NCBI GenBank assembly: GCA_963727805.1
Contig: CAVSHF010000003.1
Location: forward strand, 1-64,000
Length of the DNA stretch: 64,000 nt
Direction of reading: 5' to 3'
DNA from: an uncultured Nitrospiraceae bacterium
GTDB taxonomy: Bacteria > Nitrospirota > Thermodesulfovibrionia > Thermodesulfovibrionales > Dissulfurispiraceae
Part shown: piece after piece, positions 30,021 to 40,654 of the stretch
Layout of the letters: each line of letters begins with the position of its first letter
Numbering within the stretch: the first letter of the stretch is position 1
Notes under the pieces: model-generated
What the model was told of the DNA's origin: nothing
Databases searched by the model: none
The model's input: the letters and a program-made list of their open reading frames with translations, nothing else
Program-made: the position numbers and the translations under genes

Positions 30021-30235
30021 GATATCGATTTAAACACGTCCTCTTCGCTGATGATGCCAAGTTTCTTAGCTTTTGGCCCAAGCTTCTTCTGCACTGTCTT
30101 GAGTTTTATTTCCCATAGATATAAGCTCAGGGACTCTTTCACTATATCGCTCTTATTTCGCCCGGTAGCCTTTGAAAAACTGTCAAGCTCTCTTGATACC
30201 TTATCCGGTAAACTCACAGATAAAACAGTCCTCAT
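30017..30235 (-). CDS. RHH/CopG-family antitoxin
   Basis: LSVSLP...GRNKSDIVKESL; AGGAGG RBS; ATGA overlap with the toxin; TGTATTACA palindrome upstream. Confidence 0.9.
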   Translation of the reverse strand: MRTVLSVSLPDKVSRELDSFSKATGRNKSDIVKESLSLYLWEIKLKTVQKKLGPKAKKLGIISEEDVFKSIS

Positions 30236-30562
30236 ATAATACCTCCTGTATTACAATCCACTACATAAGTGAATTATACTCTTGGCAGCATGGGTAAATC
30301 AACATCGCCCCTGTTGACAGACAGCGTTTCACATCAACACGATAATCAGGACGCCTGAAATCGTGTAACGAAGCGCTTCAACGGGAATGACGGAAACTAC
30401 CCACGCCTCCCATGAGCATTATCAGAAATAATCATTGCCACTGCAGTATCCCTAAAAAAGAATGATTATCAGCAGTCACCATAGTCTATTCTGCGTTGCA
30501 GTGTGATATACTTTTGGCAGAAATGCCCATGTTGGATTAATAATTGTTAGAGATAAAATAAA

Positions 30563-31066
30563 ATGATAAATAAAATGATAAATAAAATTAAAGCTAGCCG
30601 CTCAATCGCATGGTGCTATGGATGTTTCGGGCTTATGTGGATGGCGACGCTTATCATTCTAATCATATTTCCAGTACGGCATTACGGCATAGAACAACCC
30701 ATGGAAATTCTTAAGGCGCTCCAAGCAGCTTCAGGCATAATCATATATTTACTTGTGATGTCATCAATAAACATTATCACGGCAATAGCCGTGTGGCGCG
30801 TAACTTCACTTTCAGAGAAAGCACAGCGTATTGTTTTGCGCATTGCCATCTTTTTCGCTGTGGCTGCAGCCATCTTCTTAATTACGACAATTGCATCTTG
30901 GTTCGTTAATAAAATGCCTGACTGGTTCAGCCCTTTTAATAATGTTTTACCAGCGGCTCTTTTCTCATTCGTATACAGCTACTTTGCTTTTGAACTGAGA
31001 AAATTACTAAGAATCTCTAACAAGCGGCTCGACCCAGACGCGACAGGACTTAACAATTACCGATGA
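30563..31066 (+). CDS. Hypothetical 4-TM membrane protein, integron-cassette-like
   Basis: Four hydrophobic segments; bounded by GTTAGAGAT (30546) and the complementary ATCTCTAAC (31013). Confidence 0.7.
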   Translation: MINKMINKIKASRSIAWCYGCFGLMWMATLIILIIFPVRHYGIEQPMEILKALQAASGIIIYLLVMSSINIITAIAVWRVTSLSEKAQRIVLRIAIFFAVAAAIFLITTIASWFVNKMPDWFSPFNNVLPAALFSFVYSYFAFELRKLLRISNKRLDPDATGLNNYR

Positions 31067-31261
31067 AATCATCGATAGTCGTGTCAAAACTTCACCGAGA
31101 TAGTTTTATCGCTTTCATGTCGAAGTCTTCGCGGCAGCCACATCTAGGCTCTTGACTAGCTTTCTTATAATCGAGATAATACATGGCACAGTCAATACAC
31201 TTTGTTTCTAGTGGTAATGCTCAGGGATTATTGTTGGCTGCCCGTCTGTTATTTATTGGTA

Positions 31262-31459
31262 GTTAATCACACGAGTCTATACAATTCTATAATGAAGTGT
31301 TCTCTTATCCGAATCGAAGAAAGCCATAACATACCCTGAAAATAGTAATACGACACTAATGATTTCTGCCACAAAACGGGAAAGCGCTGAACCAAAGGGA
31401 ACCGGATCATCTGATGCCATTACTATTTTAATCTTTAGTATGCGTTTTCCGACAGTCAT
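31262..31459 (-). pseudogene. RDD-family protein C-terminal remnant
   Basis: TVGKRILKIKIV...ALSRF...GYVMAFFDSDKRTLHYRIV*TRVI matches the RDD C-terminus, with an internal stop. Confidence 0.7.
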
Positions 31460-31754
31460 GCAATAAAACGCTTGTATGAATTAACAGCAGCCTGGAGACT
31501 ATTTATTCCGAAGCCTATCGTAGCAATAAATGCTAGCAGGGGATAGATTAATGCTACGTCCATGCCGTTCGAATAAGAAAGATGATTGGCTACTTTACCA
31601 ATCCCCTTTCTACGGGACTCCTTTAAACTTTAATTTGAGACAAAGGTGGCGCTGATCGCATGCGGTGCAGTCACATTGTTAAATGTATAGCGCGTCACCG
31701 CTCCCACTGATGTGCCATCTGGTCTTCCCCCGATATTTCGGACACCCAGTTAAG

Positions 31755-32618
31755 TTAGGCTGCTAAAGCCATCAGCTCAAAGGATACCGGCGAAAGGTTC
31801 CCAAGTGCTGAATGCTTCCTCCTCCGATTATAGACCATTTCGATCCATACAAAAATACTCTGCCGTGCCTCTGCCCGTGTTTCATATCTGTAATCATATA
31901 CATGCTCTGTCTTTAGCGTATGGAAGAAGCTCTCGGCAACAGCATTGTCATAACAATTGCCCTTCCTGCTCATGCTCTGGATAAAACCATATGCCTTTAA
32001 TTCGGCTCTGAAATCCTCACAAGCGTACTGAACGCCTCTGTCTGAATGAAATATACAGCCTGGATCTGGACCGCGACGACCTACCGCCTGCCTCAAAGCT
32101 TCTATAACAAAGCCTGACTTTAGACGATCACTCATGGCCCATCCCACAACCTGACGGGAATAAAGATCCAATACCACCGCCAGATATAACCAGCCTTCCA
32201 TTGTCCAAACATAAGTTATATCCGCGACCCATTTTGTATTGGGTCTCTCTGCCATAAAGTTTTGCTCTAGAAGATTCTCCGCAACCGGCAGATTATGCTT
32301 GGAGTTCGTCGTCGCCTTGAATTTCTTCTTTGCTTTGCCGACTATCCCATTAGCTCTCATAATGCGCGCCACTCGGTTTTCTCCACATTTTGCCCCGTTG
32401 TCACGCAGATCATCGGTTATCCGTGGACTCCCATAGGCCTTGCCACTGTTCTTATGCGATTCTCTTATTCCCAAAAGTATCTTCTCGTTTTCCTTCTGCC
32501 TTTTGCTCTGAGGCTCTTTCTTCCACCTGTAATATCCGCTCCTTGATGCTCTTATTTCCCGGCACATCTTCTGCACCCCATGCGAGGAGCTATGCTGGTC
32601 CATAAACCAGTATTTCAT
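31755..32618 (-). CDS. IS3-family transposase OrfB
   Basis: Same DDE motifs as 9749-10612. Confidence 0.95.
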   Translation of the reverse strand: MKYWFMDQHSSSHGVQKMCREIRASRSGYYRWKKEPQSKRQKENEKILLGIRESHKNSGKAYGSPRITDDLRDNGAKCGENRVARIMRANGIVGKAKKKFKATTNSKHNLPVAENLLEQNFMAERPNTKWVADITYVWTMEGWLYLAVVLDLYSRQVVGWAMSDRLKSGFVIEALRQAVGRRGPDPGCIFHSDRGVQYACEDFRAELKAYGFIQSMSRKGNCYDNAVAESFFHTLKTEHVYDYRYETRAEARQSIFVWIEMVYNRRRKHSALGNLSPVSFELMALAA

Positions 32619-32917
32619 TTGGGGTGTTTTGAGAAGATGGCCAACGCTTTTTTTAGGATTTCTTTATCCTCTTTCAGACTGGCGTTCTCTTTCTGCAGTC
32701 TGCGTAGCTCTTCATCCTGGGTCTTCTGATGCCCCTTGCCAGGAAAACTGCCAGCTGGATCGTCCTTGAGCTGTCGTTTCCATGTGTGTAACAGATTCTC
32801 ATGTATCCCAAGACTCCGGGCTACATCAGCTACTGTCCTGCCACCCTCTGTTACAAGCTTGACTGCTTCTTCCTTGAACTGCTTGTCGTACTTCCTTCTT
32901 CCACCACGTTCCTGCAT
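32615..32917 (-). CDS. IS3-family transposase OrfA
   Basis: Near-identical to 9450-9752. Confidence 0.93.
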   Translation of the reverse strand: MQERGGRRKYDKQFKEEAVKLVTEGGRTVADVARSLGIHENLLHTWKRQLKDDPAGSFPGKGHQKTQDEELRRLQKENASLKEDKEILKKALAIFSKHPK

Positions 32918-33354
32918 TTGACACCTCCAAGGTTATATTGTACCTAACCTTTCGGGGTGTCCGTCATTTCGGGGGAACTTCAATCCACACTCACCGATGC
33001 TACGGAGTAGCCTGCATTGGTGGTTCCCATTGGTAAAGGCTAATCGCTTTGCCGTAAAAAATTGAAAGTATCGCGTTAGCGTGTGCAACAAAACTTGCAT
33101 TGTCGAGAAGCGGACTTTACCTTAGTACACTGCCCATCAGGTCGAATTGCGGCAATTACATTTCAGCGTGTTGAGATAATTGCGAATTGTCGGTAACTGC
33201 CTCAAATAGCGCTTTGGAGTTTATGTTGAAACACACAACAGAATAAAATCTTTTTAAATCACTTCATAAAAGTAAAAAAATCACGATAAATAATAATGAT
33301 GATGCTTGCTTGAGATCATTGTGATTCAAAATACGAAAACAGGAGGGCTCAACA

Positions 33355-33417
33355 ATGGCTGCAACAAAGAAGCCGTCTAAGAAAGCCTCAAAGAAGCCTG
33401 TTAGCAAAAAGAAGTAG
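33355..33417 (+). CDS. 20-aa Lys-rich micro-protein MAATKKPSKKASKKPVSKKK
   Basis: AGGAGGG RBS 7 nt upstream, AT-rich upstream region, strong terminator downstream; below the ORF track cutoff. Confidence 0.6.
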   Translation: MAATKKPSKKASKKPVSKKK

Positions 33418-33440
33418 TTTTAAATGTGGCATCGGTTGTG

Positions 33441-33473
33441 AATGGGGTGGTGGAAACACCACCCCATTATTTT
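33441..33473 (+). terminator. Intrinsic terminator
   Basis: AATGGGGTGGTG-GAAA-CACCACCCCATT followed by ATTTT. Confidence 0.8.
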
Positions 33474-34060
33474 GTCCAAAGATATAATACAATGCAATAT
33501 AAAAAACGCGATATACGTGTTGGTATTGATCACAAGAAGAATTGAAATATTATCCGGCGCTCCTGCCGGATGTCTTTTGACCATAGAACGGGATGAAATG
33601 CGCATTTACGTCAAACGACTGTCCGTCGCAACCTTTCTTCCTGAAACCAATCCTGTCAATTTTCCGCCGTGAGTGGAATATTCTTTTGGAAATTATTATC
33701 AATGAAAAGCCGTCTTCGTATTGCTTGCGTGCAGTTATCATCATTCTGGCAGATACATTTGATTGAATTTCTGGTCAATAATTTCACCAGAAACAAATCA
33801 AATCTGAGAAACCGCAGGGCGTTTGTAACAGCCACTACTTAACATTTTGGCGATAACTGTTATCACGTGCCCTTATAATTAACGTGGCCGCAACACAGTG
33901 AAGACAATCTTTTTCTAGCGGAGATATGCAAGCCCTGGAAGTCAAAAAAACCTGATCAATTTACTAACCACTTTAAGACAGGAATCCCATCGGAATAACC
34001 GCACATAAAGCTTTTTTGCAAAAAAAACTCGACGCGCCAGTACCACTCCTACTTGGTCAT

Positions 34061-37000
34061 TTAATTATCCAGCATGTCTCTGACTTCTCGTAACAGATCC
34101 TTAGGTGACACCGGTTTAAATATGAATTTCGCATTTTTCTCTGCAAGGACTTCTTTATCAATCCTATCGGCAGTATAACCGCTCACAAATATAACTTTTA
34201 TATCCAGCTTAATTCTCTTTATTTCATCATACACTTCCTTACCGCTCTTCTTAGGCATTATCATATCAAGAAGGACCAGTTGTATTACGTCCTTATTTTC
34301 GATAAACTTCTCTATCGCCTCATCCCCATCTTGAGCAAGAATGACTTTGTATCCATATTGACTAAGAATAGTTTCAGAAAGTTGTCGCAACTTCTCACTG
34401 TCCTCCGTCACCAGTATGGTCTCCGTCCCACCTGACGGCAATAATTCAACTGTTGTCTTAATCTCTTCTTCTTTTGATTCAGCCGCTGGAAGATATATTC
34501 GGAAGGTAGTGCCTTTGCCCACCTCGCTATAGACATCTATGTACCCATTGTGTTGCTTGACAATTCCGTATGCCATTGCAAGTCCAAGACCTGTACCCTT
34601 TCCAGTCTCTTTGGTTGTAAAGAAAGGTTCAAATATCTTTGCCACCGTCTCCTTGCTCATACCAACACCAGTATCCGAGACGGAAATGAGAGCAAACCTT
34701 CCCAGCCTGCCATACCCATGGGCCTGAATAAAAGAATCATCCATCTCCAAACATTCTGTGCTTAAAGTAAGTCTGCCTCCTTTCGGCATCGCATCCCTTG
34801 CATTAGTCGCAAGATTCATAAGCACCTGCTCTATCTGACCTGCGTCAACTATACATTTCACTTCGTTGCATGAAAGTACCGTGTTTATTGTAATATCTTC
34901 ACCGATGACTCTAGAAAGCATTTTCTCGGAAGTCTTTACAATGGCAGTTATTAAAACCAGCTTGGAATTCATGCTCTGTTTTTTGCTGAAGGCAAGAAGG
35001 CTGTGAGTCACTTCGGCCGCTCTATGGACTGAGTCGAGTATCTGATCCATGTCATCCCTGGACGGATCGTTACTATCAAGCCTGGATTGTACCAAATATG
35101 CATACCCCATTATCGCAGACAGAATGTTGTTAAAATCGTGAGCAATTCCTCCGGCAAGTTGACCAACCGCCTCCATTTTCTGAGCCTGCCTGAGTTGGGC
35201 TTCGAGATTCTTCTGTTCAGTTATATCGATTCCTATGCTGGCTGTTCCTGTAATCTTGCCTTCCAAATCATGCAGTATGGTGTTATTCCATAATATCAAG
35301 TGTTCTTTGCCGTCGCGCGTGACGATACTATTTTCATGATGTAAAACTACCTCATCTCCTTTGATTACCGCTGCGAATACTGTTTTCATCCTTTCTCTTT
35401 CCTCGTAAGGGATGCATAGATCAATCCAGTTCCGCCCAAGCAACGCTTCTTTTTCCCAGCCAGTCAGATTCAGAAGATAATCATTGCAGAAAGTCATGTT
35501 GCCGTCACGGTCAAGCAAAATTGCCACAAGCTGGACAGTTTCAAGTAAATCCCTGAATGTTTTTTCAGCAAGGCGCAGCGCTTCTTCCGCTCTCCTGCGC
35601 TCGGTGATATCCTCTACAGTCCCTACATGACCTAAGAAGGCACCATCCGGACTATTAATGGGGGTTCCCAATGCTCGCACCCAAAGAATCCTCCCTCGCG
35701 GGGTCAACACGCGGTGCTCAACTGAAAAGAAACGCCCTGTGTTTGTAGCGCTATTGATCACCTTTGTAACTTCTTGGAGGTCTTCCGGATGGATGAGTTT
35801 GATCCAGCCCTCTCCTGTGAGTTCGGCAGCAGCCATCTCGGTAATTTGCTCCATGCTTGGGTTGCTGTAAATAATATGCCCTGCGCCGTCAGTTCTTACA
35901 ATGCCGATGGGTGCAAAGTCACAGAGGGTTCGGAACAGTTCCTCACTGGCCTGCAGTGCCTTTTCCAGATTTTTGTGCTGGGTGACATCTCGCACTATTG
36001 CACAGTCATACTCGAGGCCGTTGTAGTTGAAGTATTTTGCTATTATCTCAATAGGAAATACATAGCCGTCCTTGGTTTTGTGAAGCGATTCGAATTGGAG
36101 GCTTTTTGACCGCTTTAGAGCTTCCCAGAAAGGTTGCCAAGCTTCTTTTGGGAATATCGGGTCAAAGTCGGCAACAGAGAGCGAGAGAAGTTCTTCGCGG
36201 GTATACCCCAGTTTTTCGCAGGCTACGTCATTGACATTCCATATACGACCATTCGGAGTCATCCAGAAAACCTCTTCCGCTAAGTTATCTATTGTGAAAC
36301 TCTTCAATTTCAGTTCTTCTTCCACTCGCTTACGATCCGTTATGTCCTGAATGACACCAAAAACGATACGCTGTGCAGGATCATATTCAGCCAGTGAGTG
36401 AATATCGATCGTCCTGCCATTGGTTAGTGTGCGGATCTTAAATTCCACGTCATAGGTTCTGCCCTGTTCAACCAGTTCCATCAATGCCTTATCGAGCATA
36501 GGGCGATACTCGGGGAGAACCATTTTCTGCACATCGGACAATTGCCACTCTTTGCCCTCAAGGCCATAGATAATTCTGGCTCCATCGGAGCCGAGGATAA
36601 CTTGTTCGTCTAGCAATAATTCCCAGTTGCCAAAATTAGCCACCTCCTCGGCCCTACGCAGACGTCGTTCGCTCTTCAACAGAACTTCCTCTGCACGTTT
36701 GCGGTCGGTGATGTTGCGGCAGAGTGTCAGAATCCGCAGAGCCCCCGAAACGCGAAGCACTGTGGCGTTGATCTCAACGTGAATAACTTGGCTTGAGGGA
36801 GTAACATAGTCAATCTCAAGGTTGCGGACGAAGCCCTTCTCGACACACTTTCGGACTTCCGCTGCGTTTCGCTCTAGATCGTGCGGGGCAGTCCATTCAA
36901 GCACGCTATGGTCAATGATATCTTCCACCTTTGGCCGACCGGTTAGCTGTGCGTATTCCTGATTAGCATCGATGACGCGGCCTTTATCGTCGAGGATCAC

Positions 37001-37489
37001 ATAACCAGTGCCCGTCGTTTCAATGAGCCGTCGATATTTGTCCTCGCTTTCCCGTAATTCCATCTCGGCGCGATCGCGTTCGGATATGTCTCGAACCAGA
37101 GATATGACGGCAGGTCGTCCATCAAAAGTAAATACGCGGCTATTGATCTCCACAGGAATGCGCCGTCCATCCTTGGCAATATGAATCTGTTTAAACAGAA
37201 CGTTCTTACCGAACTCAAGCTTTCGTGTGATGGAAGCCACATCAACTCCGGAATCGGGTGCGTCGATATCGGATGGTGTCATGAACAGTAGTTCTTCCCG
37301 TGAGTAGCCCAATAGATGACATGCCACCTCGTTAACTTCGATGAAAGTGCCTTTTATCTCATCAGTCTCGACCCAGTGCACTAGCAGAGCATCCGTTATG
37401 CTGTTGAACAGCGCGTAAAACCGATCTTCGCTCTTGCCTAGATTTTTAAACTGTCTGTCTCCTGCGTTCAAATTATCCATATATGCCAC
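34061..37489 (-). CDS. Cytoplasmic multi-PAS hybrid histidine kinase
   Basis: Six PAS/PAC units, [30 protein letters not shown]-terminal receiver; no TM segments. Confidence 0.93.
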   Translation of the reverse strand: MAYMDNLNAGDRQFKNLGKSEDRFYALFNSITDALLVHWVETDEIKGTFIEVNEVACHLLGYSREELLFMTPSDIDAPDSGVDVASITRKLEFGKNVLFKQIHIAKDGRRIPVEINSRVFTFDGRPAVISLVRDISERDRAEMELRESEDKYRRLIETTGTGYVILDDKGRVIDANQEYAQLTGRPKVEDIIDHSVLEWTAPHDLERNAAEVRKCVEKGFVRNLEIDYVTPSSQVIHVEINATVLRVSGALRILTLCRNITDRKRAEEVLLKSERRLRRAEEVANFGNWELLLDEQVILGSDGARIIYGLEGKEWQLSDVQKMVLPEYRPMLDKALMELVEQGRTYDVEFKIRTLTNGRTIDIHSLAEYDPAQRIVFGVIQDITDRKRVEEELKLKSFTIDNLAEEVFWMTPNGRIWNVNDVACEKLGYTREELLSLSVADFDPIFPKEAWQPFWEALKRSKSLQFESLHKTKDGYVFPIEIIAKYFNYNGLEYDCAIVRDVTQHKNLEKALQASEELFRTLCDFAPIGIVRTDGAGHIIYSNPSMEQITEMAAAELTGEGWIKLIHPEDLQEVTKVINSATNTGRFFSVEHRVLTPRGRILWVRALGTPINSPDGAFLGHVGTVEDITERRRAEEALRLAEKTFRDLLETVQLVAILLDRDGNMTFCNDYLLNLTGWEKEALLGRNWIDLCIPYEERERMKTVFAAVIKGDEVVLHHENSIVTRDGKEHLILWNNTILHDLEGKITGTASIGIDITEQKNLEAQLRQAQKMEAVGQLAGGIAHDFNNILSAIMGYAYLVQSRLDSNDPSRDDMDQILDSVHRAAEVTHSLLAFSKKQSMNSKLVLITAIVKTSEKMLSRVIGEDITINTVLSCNEVKCIVDAGQIEQVLMNLATNARDAMPKGGRLTLSTECLEMDDSFIQAHGYGRLGRFALISVSDTGVGMSKETVAKIFEPFFTTKETGKGTGLGLAMAYGIVKQHNGYIDVYSEVGKGTTFRIYLPAAESKEEEIKTTVELLPSGGTETILVTEDSEKLRQLSETILSQYGYKVILAQDGDEAIEKFIENKDVIQLVLLDMIMPKKSGKEVYDEIKRIKLDIKVIFVSGYTADRIDKEVLAEKNAKFIFKPVSPKDLLREVRDMLDN

Positions 37490-37772
37490 CCTAAGTTTCT
37501 CTAATTAAAAAACTCTATTGGGAACAGCCGTTAAGCATTTCTTCTTCCATGACGAAACTATAGCATAAGTGGGACGTTTTGGAAAGAATATAACTGGTCA
37601 AATCAAGGGAGTTAATGACAAGGTTTTTTTTGTTGACTAATTTCGAATGAACTCATCGAAATTCCTCTACGGGCGGTCTTATCAATTGCTTGGCGAACAC
37701 CACATTTCTCAGAGATGCAAATCGCTGAGTGTAACAAGGAGACACTCGACAAAACGGCATGGTAGTTTCAAG

Positions 37773-37892
37773 CTGAAAGTCATCGATTTTACCAGTACCA
37801 GGAATGTGGGGATTACCCAATAAAACTTTTATATCGACTGAGTCGGTAGCCTCCTTATAACACGCCTTGATCTGCATCGCTGAGGAGTGATT
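37773..37892 (+). repeat. Dispersed intergenic repeat, intact copy carrying an empty intron homing site
   Basis: CTGAAAGTCATCGA|TTTTACCAGTACCAGGAATGTGGGGATT versus joined intron flanks CTGAAAGTTATCGA|TTTTACCGGTACCAGGAATGTGGTGATT; similarity continues for about 120 bp. Confidence 0.85.
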
Positions 37893-37988
37893 TATCCGCC
37901 AAGTAACAATTTGAAAGTCTGGCTGAGTATTGGGTTGCGATTAACCTAGAGGGGTCGGTTTATAAGATTAACCCACTTAAAAAATGCC

Positions 37989-38028
37989 CTGTGATTAACG
38001 GGCTTTTTATCACGCCCATTAATCACAG
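37989..38028 (-). terminator. Stem-loop downstream of the MBL gene
   Basis: CTGTGATTAAcGGGC...GCCCaTTAATCACAG inverted repeat. Confidence 0.55.
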
Positions 38029-38066
38029 TCCAGATGGAAATAGCGATTATCCCTATACCCGGAAGC

Positions 38067-39110
38067 TTAAGCTTCAAAGGTATACCTGGTTCCAGCCGTA
38101 TTCAAAATGAATTCATTGGGCATCGCCTTGCTGAAAGCCACAATCGCCTCAAATCCGGTACAATGGGTCGGCACGATATAGTCCGGCTTCATCGCTTTGA
38201 TATCGGCTACCGTACTCTGGATAATCTCGGGTTTCGAATTGATCAGATGGAAACCACCCATGATCGCGTGGACCTTATCCGTACCGGCGCTCTTCTGCGC
38301 CTGCTTGACCGTATTGACGATCCCGGCATGCGCGCAGCCGGAAAGGACCACCAGACCTTTTCCTTTTACCTTGAAAAAGACCGCTTGCTCGCCCGGAAAT
38401 GTATCGTGTTCGATCTTTTCGCCGCGCTTTATCTGAAACTTCATCGCTGTCTTCTCATAGTCGGTAACCCTCACGATGTTCCCAGTAAAAAATGCACCGG
38501 GGACGATCTCAACCGGGGTATTCACTTCTATAACCTTGAGCCCGAGCGATTCGATGTCTTCTTTCTTCAGTTGTCCAACGTCAGTGGGCTCTGTTGCGCC
38601 GGGACGGAGCTCGTATCTCCGGGCAAAAGCCTCCTCACCCACATAGAACGGCGTTCCCGCGACGATCCGCGACTGGTTCTGCCTGATGATACTGACCGCG
38701 CTCAGATAGTGGTCCCAATGACCATGGCTCAGGCTAAAGGCATTTGCCTTCCCGACATCAATCCCGAGGAGGGCTATATTGTTTAACACTCCCACGGGGT
38801 CGAGCCCGAAATCGAACATACAGGCACTGATTTTCCCGTTCACTGTTGTTTCTGTGTAGTAAGAAAGGCCGTGTTCCGCGTGAATTGATTTCCCCGGCAT
38901 AGCGACGTACCGTTTCGTGATCTTGTTGTCCGGTCTATTTCTGTCATAGTAGTTGTCTGTAAGCACCCAAATCGTCAATTTATCTACTTCATTAATACCA
39001 GTTGTAGCCTCTGCTATCACGCTTTCCATCATTCTATCTCCTGCCGCGATAAGCGCACCCGTTGCTAATGAATACTTCAGGAACTCTCTACGGCTCACTC
39101 CATTATCCAT
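38067..39110 (-). CDS. Tat-exported MBL-fold metallo-hydrolase (dihydropteroate-synthase-like MBL subgroup)
   Basis: SRREFLK twin-arginine signal, AEHGLS, LSHGHWDH, SGCAHAG, GGFHL, PTHCTG. Confidence 0.9.
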   Translation of the reverse strand: MDNGVSRREFLKYSLATGALIAAGDRMMESVIAEATTGINEVDKLTIWVLTDNYYDRNRPDNKITKRYVAMPGKSIHAEHGLSYYTETTVNGKISACMFDFGLDPVGVLNNIALLGIDVGKANAFSLSHGHWDHYLSAVSIIRQNQSRIVAGTPFYVGEEAFARRYELRPGATEPTDVGQLKKEDIESLGLKVIEVNTPVEIVPGAFFTGNIVRVTDYEKTAMKFQIKRGEKIEHDTFPGEQAVFFKVKGKGLVVLSGCAHAGIVNTVKQAQKSAGTDKVHAIMGGFHLINSKPEIIQSTVADIKAMKPDYIVPTHCTGFEAIVAFSKAMPNEFILNTAGTRYTFEA

Positions 39111-39796
39111 AATCCACCTCCTATGTTTCTAACATCATCTTGCTCAAAACAACATGGCCGAACATACCAAAGCCTATCCTTCGGCAGCTCGGCCATCTCC
39201 TTTACAAGATCCGCCGCTTTCTGTCGTCCCTCTCACAAAGAGTTTAGTTTGTCTGGCATAGTCTCAATATAATCAAACATTAGCAGAAAACAAGTCACTT
39301 GTCCATTAATGGTTGTTATTTATGAATGCGTGAGAAGGTCGCGAGTTGGCCCACCGAATATGTTGATTGTACAAACATGGCGTCCCCAGCGTTTCCTAAA
39401 AGACTTATTTTTCGGGAAATCTAGCCCCGCAAATATCAGACTTGCTTTGACAGTTTCTACACAAACAATCTTCACTAAATGCGACATTGGTACTACAATT
39501 ATAATGGCAACGTCCAGCGGAGAATTCTCACTAGATGAATCGCTCGGCAACCTGTCGACTCTTCTCTCACGGGCTATATTACTATACCATCCACTTGCTG
39601 TGTAACTATAAAATGGATAATCTTCTACCAGAAGGATAGGCTCCTTATGTGCCAACGTGACTGGGCACAGTAGGAAACGTCTGGGCTGTGACTGCTTTGC
39701 ATTTTGACACGAGTCATGGATCTGTTACGTTCAGGTACTCGGAGGAGACCATGAGCTGACAGACGGCATTTTTTACAGCAATTACACGGGGGTTAC

Positions 39797-39911
39797 ATGG
39801 ATCAGTCCGCAAGATCAAGAAAATCTGGAAGGGCAGGCCTACCATCGAGGAGGCGAGTGTCCATCTGAAACGGCCTTAGGCAACAACCATGTTCCTCTCT
39901 TCGACTCCTTC
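39797..39911 (+). pseudogene. Pirin-family N-terminal remnant
   Basis: With two single-base frameshifts it reads M-GSVRKIKKIWKGRPTIEEASVHLKR-ALGNNHVPLFDSF, matching the pirin start (T.EGAGV.L.R.....FDPF). Confidence 0.65.
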
Positions 39912-39956
39912 GCTAACTGGGTCGCAACCAACACCAAACAATGGAGGTAAGTGACA

Positions 39957-40607
39957 ATGACTAAAATAAAAATGAAATCAACTAACCCAATGTTCCTATT
40001 TATAAGTACAGTGCTGATCACTATCGTGGTTGCGTGGACAAGCGGTGCTTTTGCTGAGATGAAATACGCGCCCGGAAAATATGAAATCGACCCCGTTCAC
40101 ACCCGCGTGTCGTTTATAGTTCCCCATTTTGTCATTTCCCTGGTCGAAGGTCGGTTCGACGATGTTAAGGGAGACTTTACTTTGAACGAACCGTTTTCCG
40201 CATCAAAAGCGAATGTCACGGTTCAAATCGAGTCGATCGACACTGGCGTAAAGCAACGGGACGATGATTTACGGTCAAAGAATTTCTTTGAGGTTTCAAA
40301 ATACCCGACCATGACGTTTGTTGCGAAGTCGTTCAGGGGCACGCCGGATTCTTGTAAGGTAGTGGGCGTCCTTACGATCAAGGATGTCACAAAAGAAGTA
40401 ACCTTTGATGGCAAGTACACTGGAGTGGTAAACGATCCCTGGGGAAACCAGCGCGCAGCGATTCAACTCACGGGTGTAATTAATCGAAGAGACTTCCATA
40501 TCAACTATAGCAAATCGATGGACATTGGCCCCGAGATCGGAGACGAAGTCACGATTCGTATTTTTGCCGATGGGATCATAAAGAAAAAAGGGATCGGAGT
40601 AAAATGA
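39957..40607 (+). CDS. yceI: YceI-family lipid/polyisoprenoid-binding protein
   Basis: Signal peptide, YEIDPVHT, SIDTG..QRD.DLRS..FF...YPTMTF, DPWG, INRRDF. Confidence 0.92.
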   Translation: MTKIKMKSTNPMFLFISTVLITIVVAWTSGAFAEMKYAPGKYEIDPVHTRVSFIVPHFVISLVEGRFDDVKGDFTLNEPFSASKANVTVQIESIDTGVKQRDDDLRSKNFFEVSKYPTMTFVAKSFRGTPDSCKVVGVLTIKDVTKEVTFDGKYTGVVNDPWGNQRAAIQLTGVINRRDFHINYSKSMDIGPEIGDEVTIRIFADGIIKKKGIGVK

Positions 40608-40654
40608 AGATTAAAAGAACCAGTAGTTAGAACTACCTGTATGGAGGTTAGGCT

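Larger units (their letters stand above)
31720..32982 (-). mobile_element. IS3-family insertion sequence, copy 2 (1263 bp)
   Basis: Near-identical to 9384-10647 in inverse orientation; 3-bp target duplication ATC (31717-31719, 32983-32985). Confidence 0.95.
31630..33030 (-). pseudogene. InlB B-repeat-like surface-protein fragment split by IS3 copy 2
   Basis: Removing the IS and one ATC copy gives [44 protein letters not shown]. Confidence 0.75.

Noticed and set aside
38034..38786. 250-aa plus-strand ORF
   Set aside because: Antisense shadow of the MBL hydrolase with no motifs.
39660..39950. Riboswitch upstream of yceI
   Set aside because: No FMN, TPP, Moco or c-di-GMP consensus was recognised, and much of the region is a pirin remnant.
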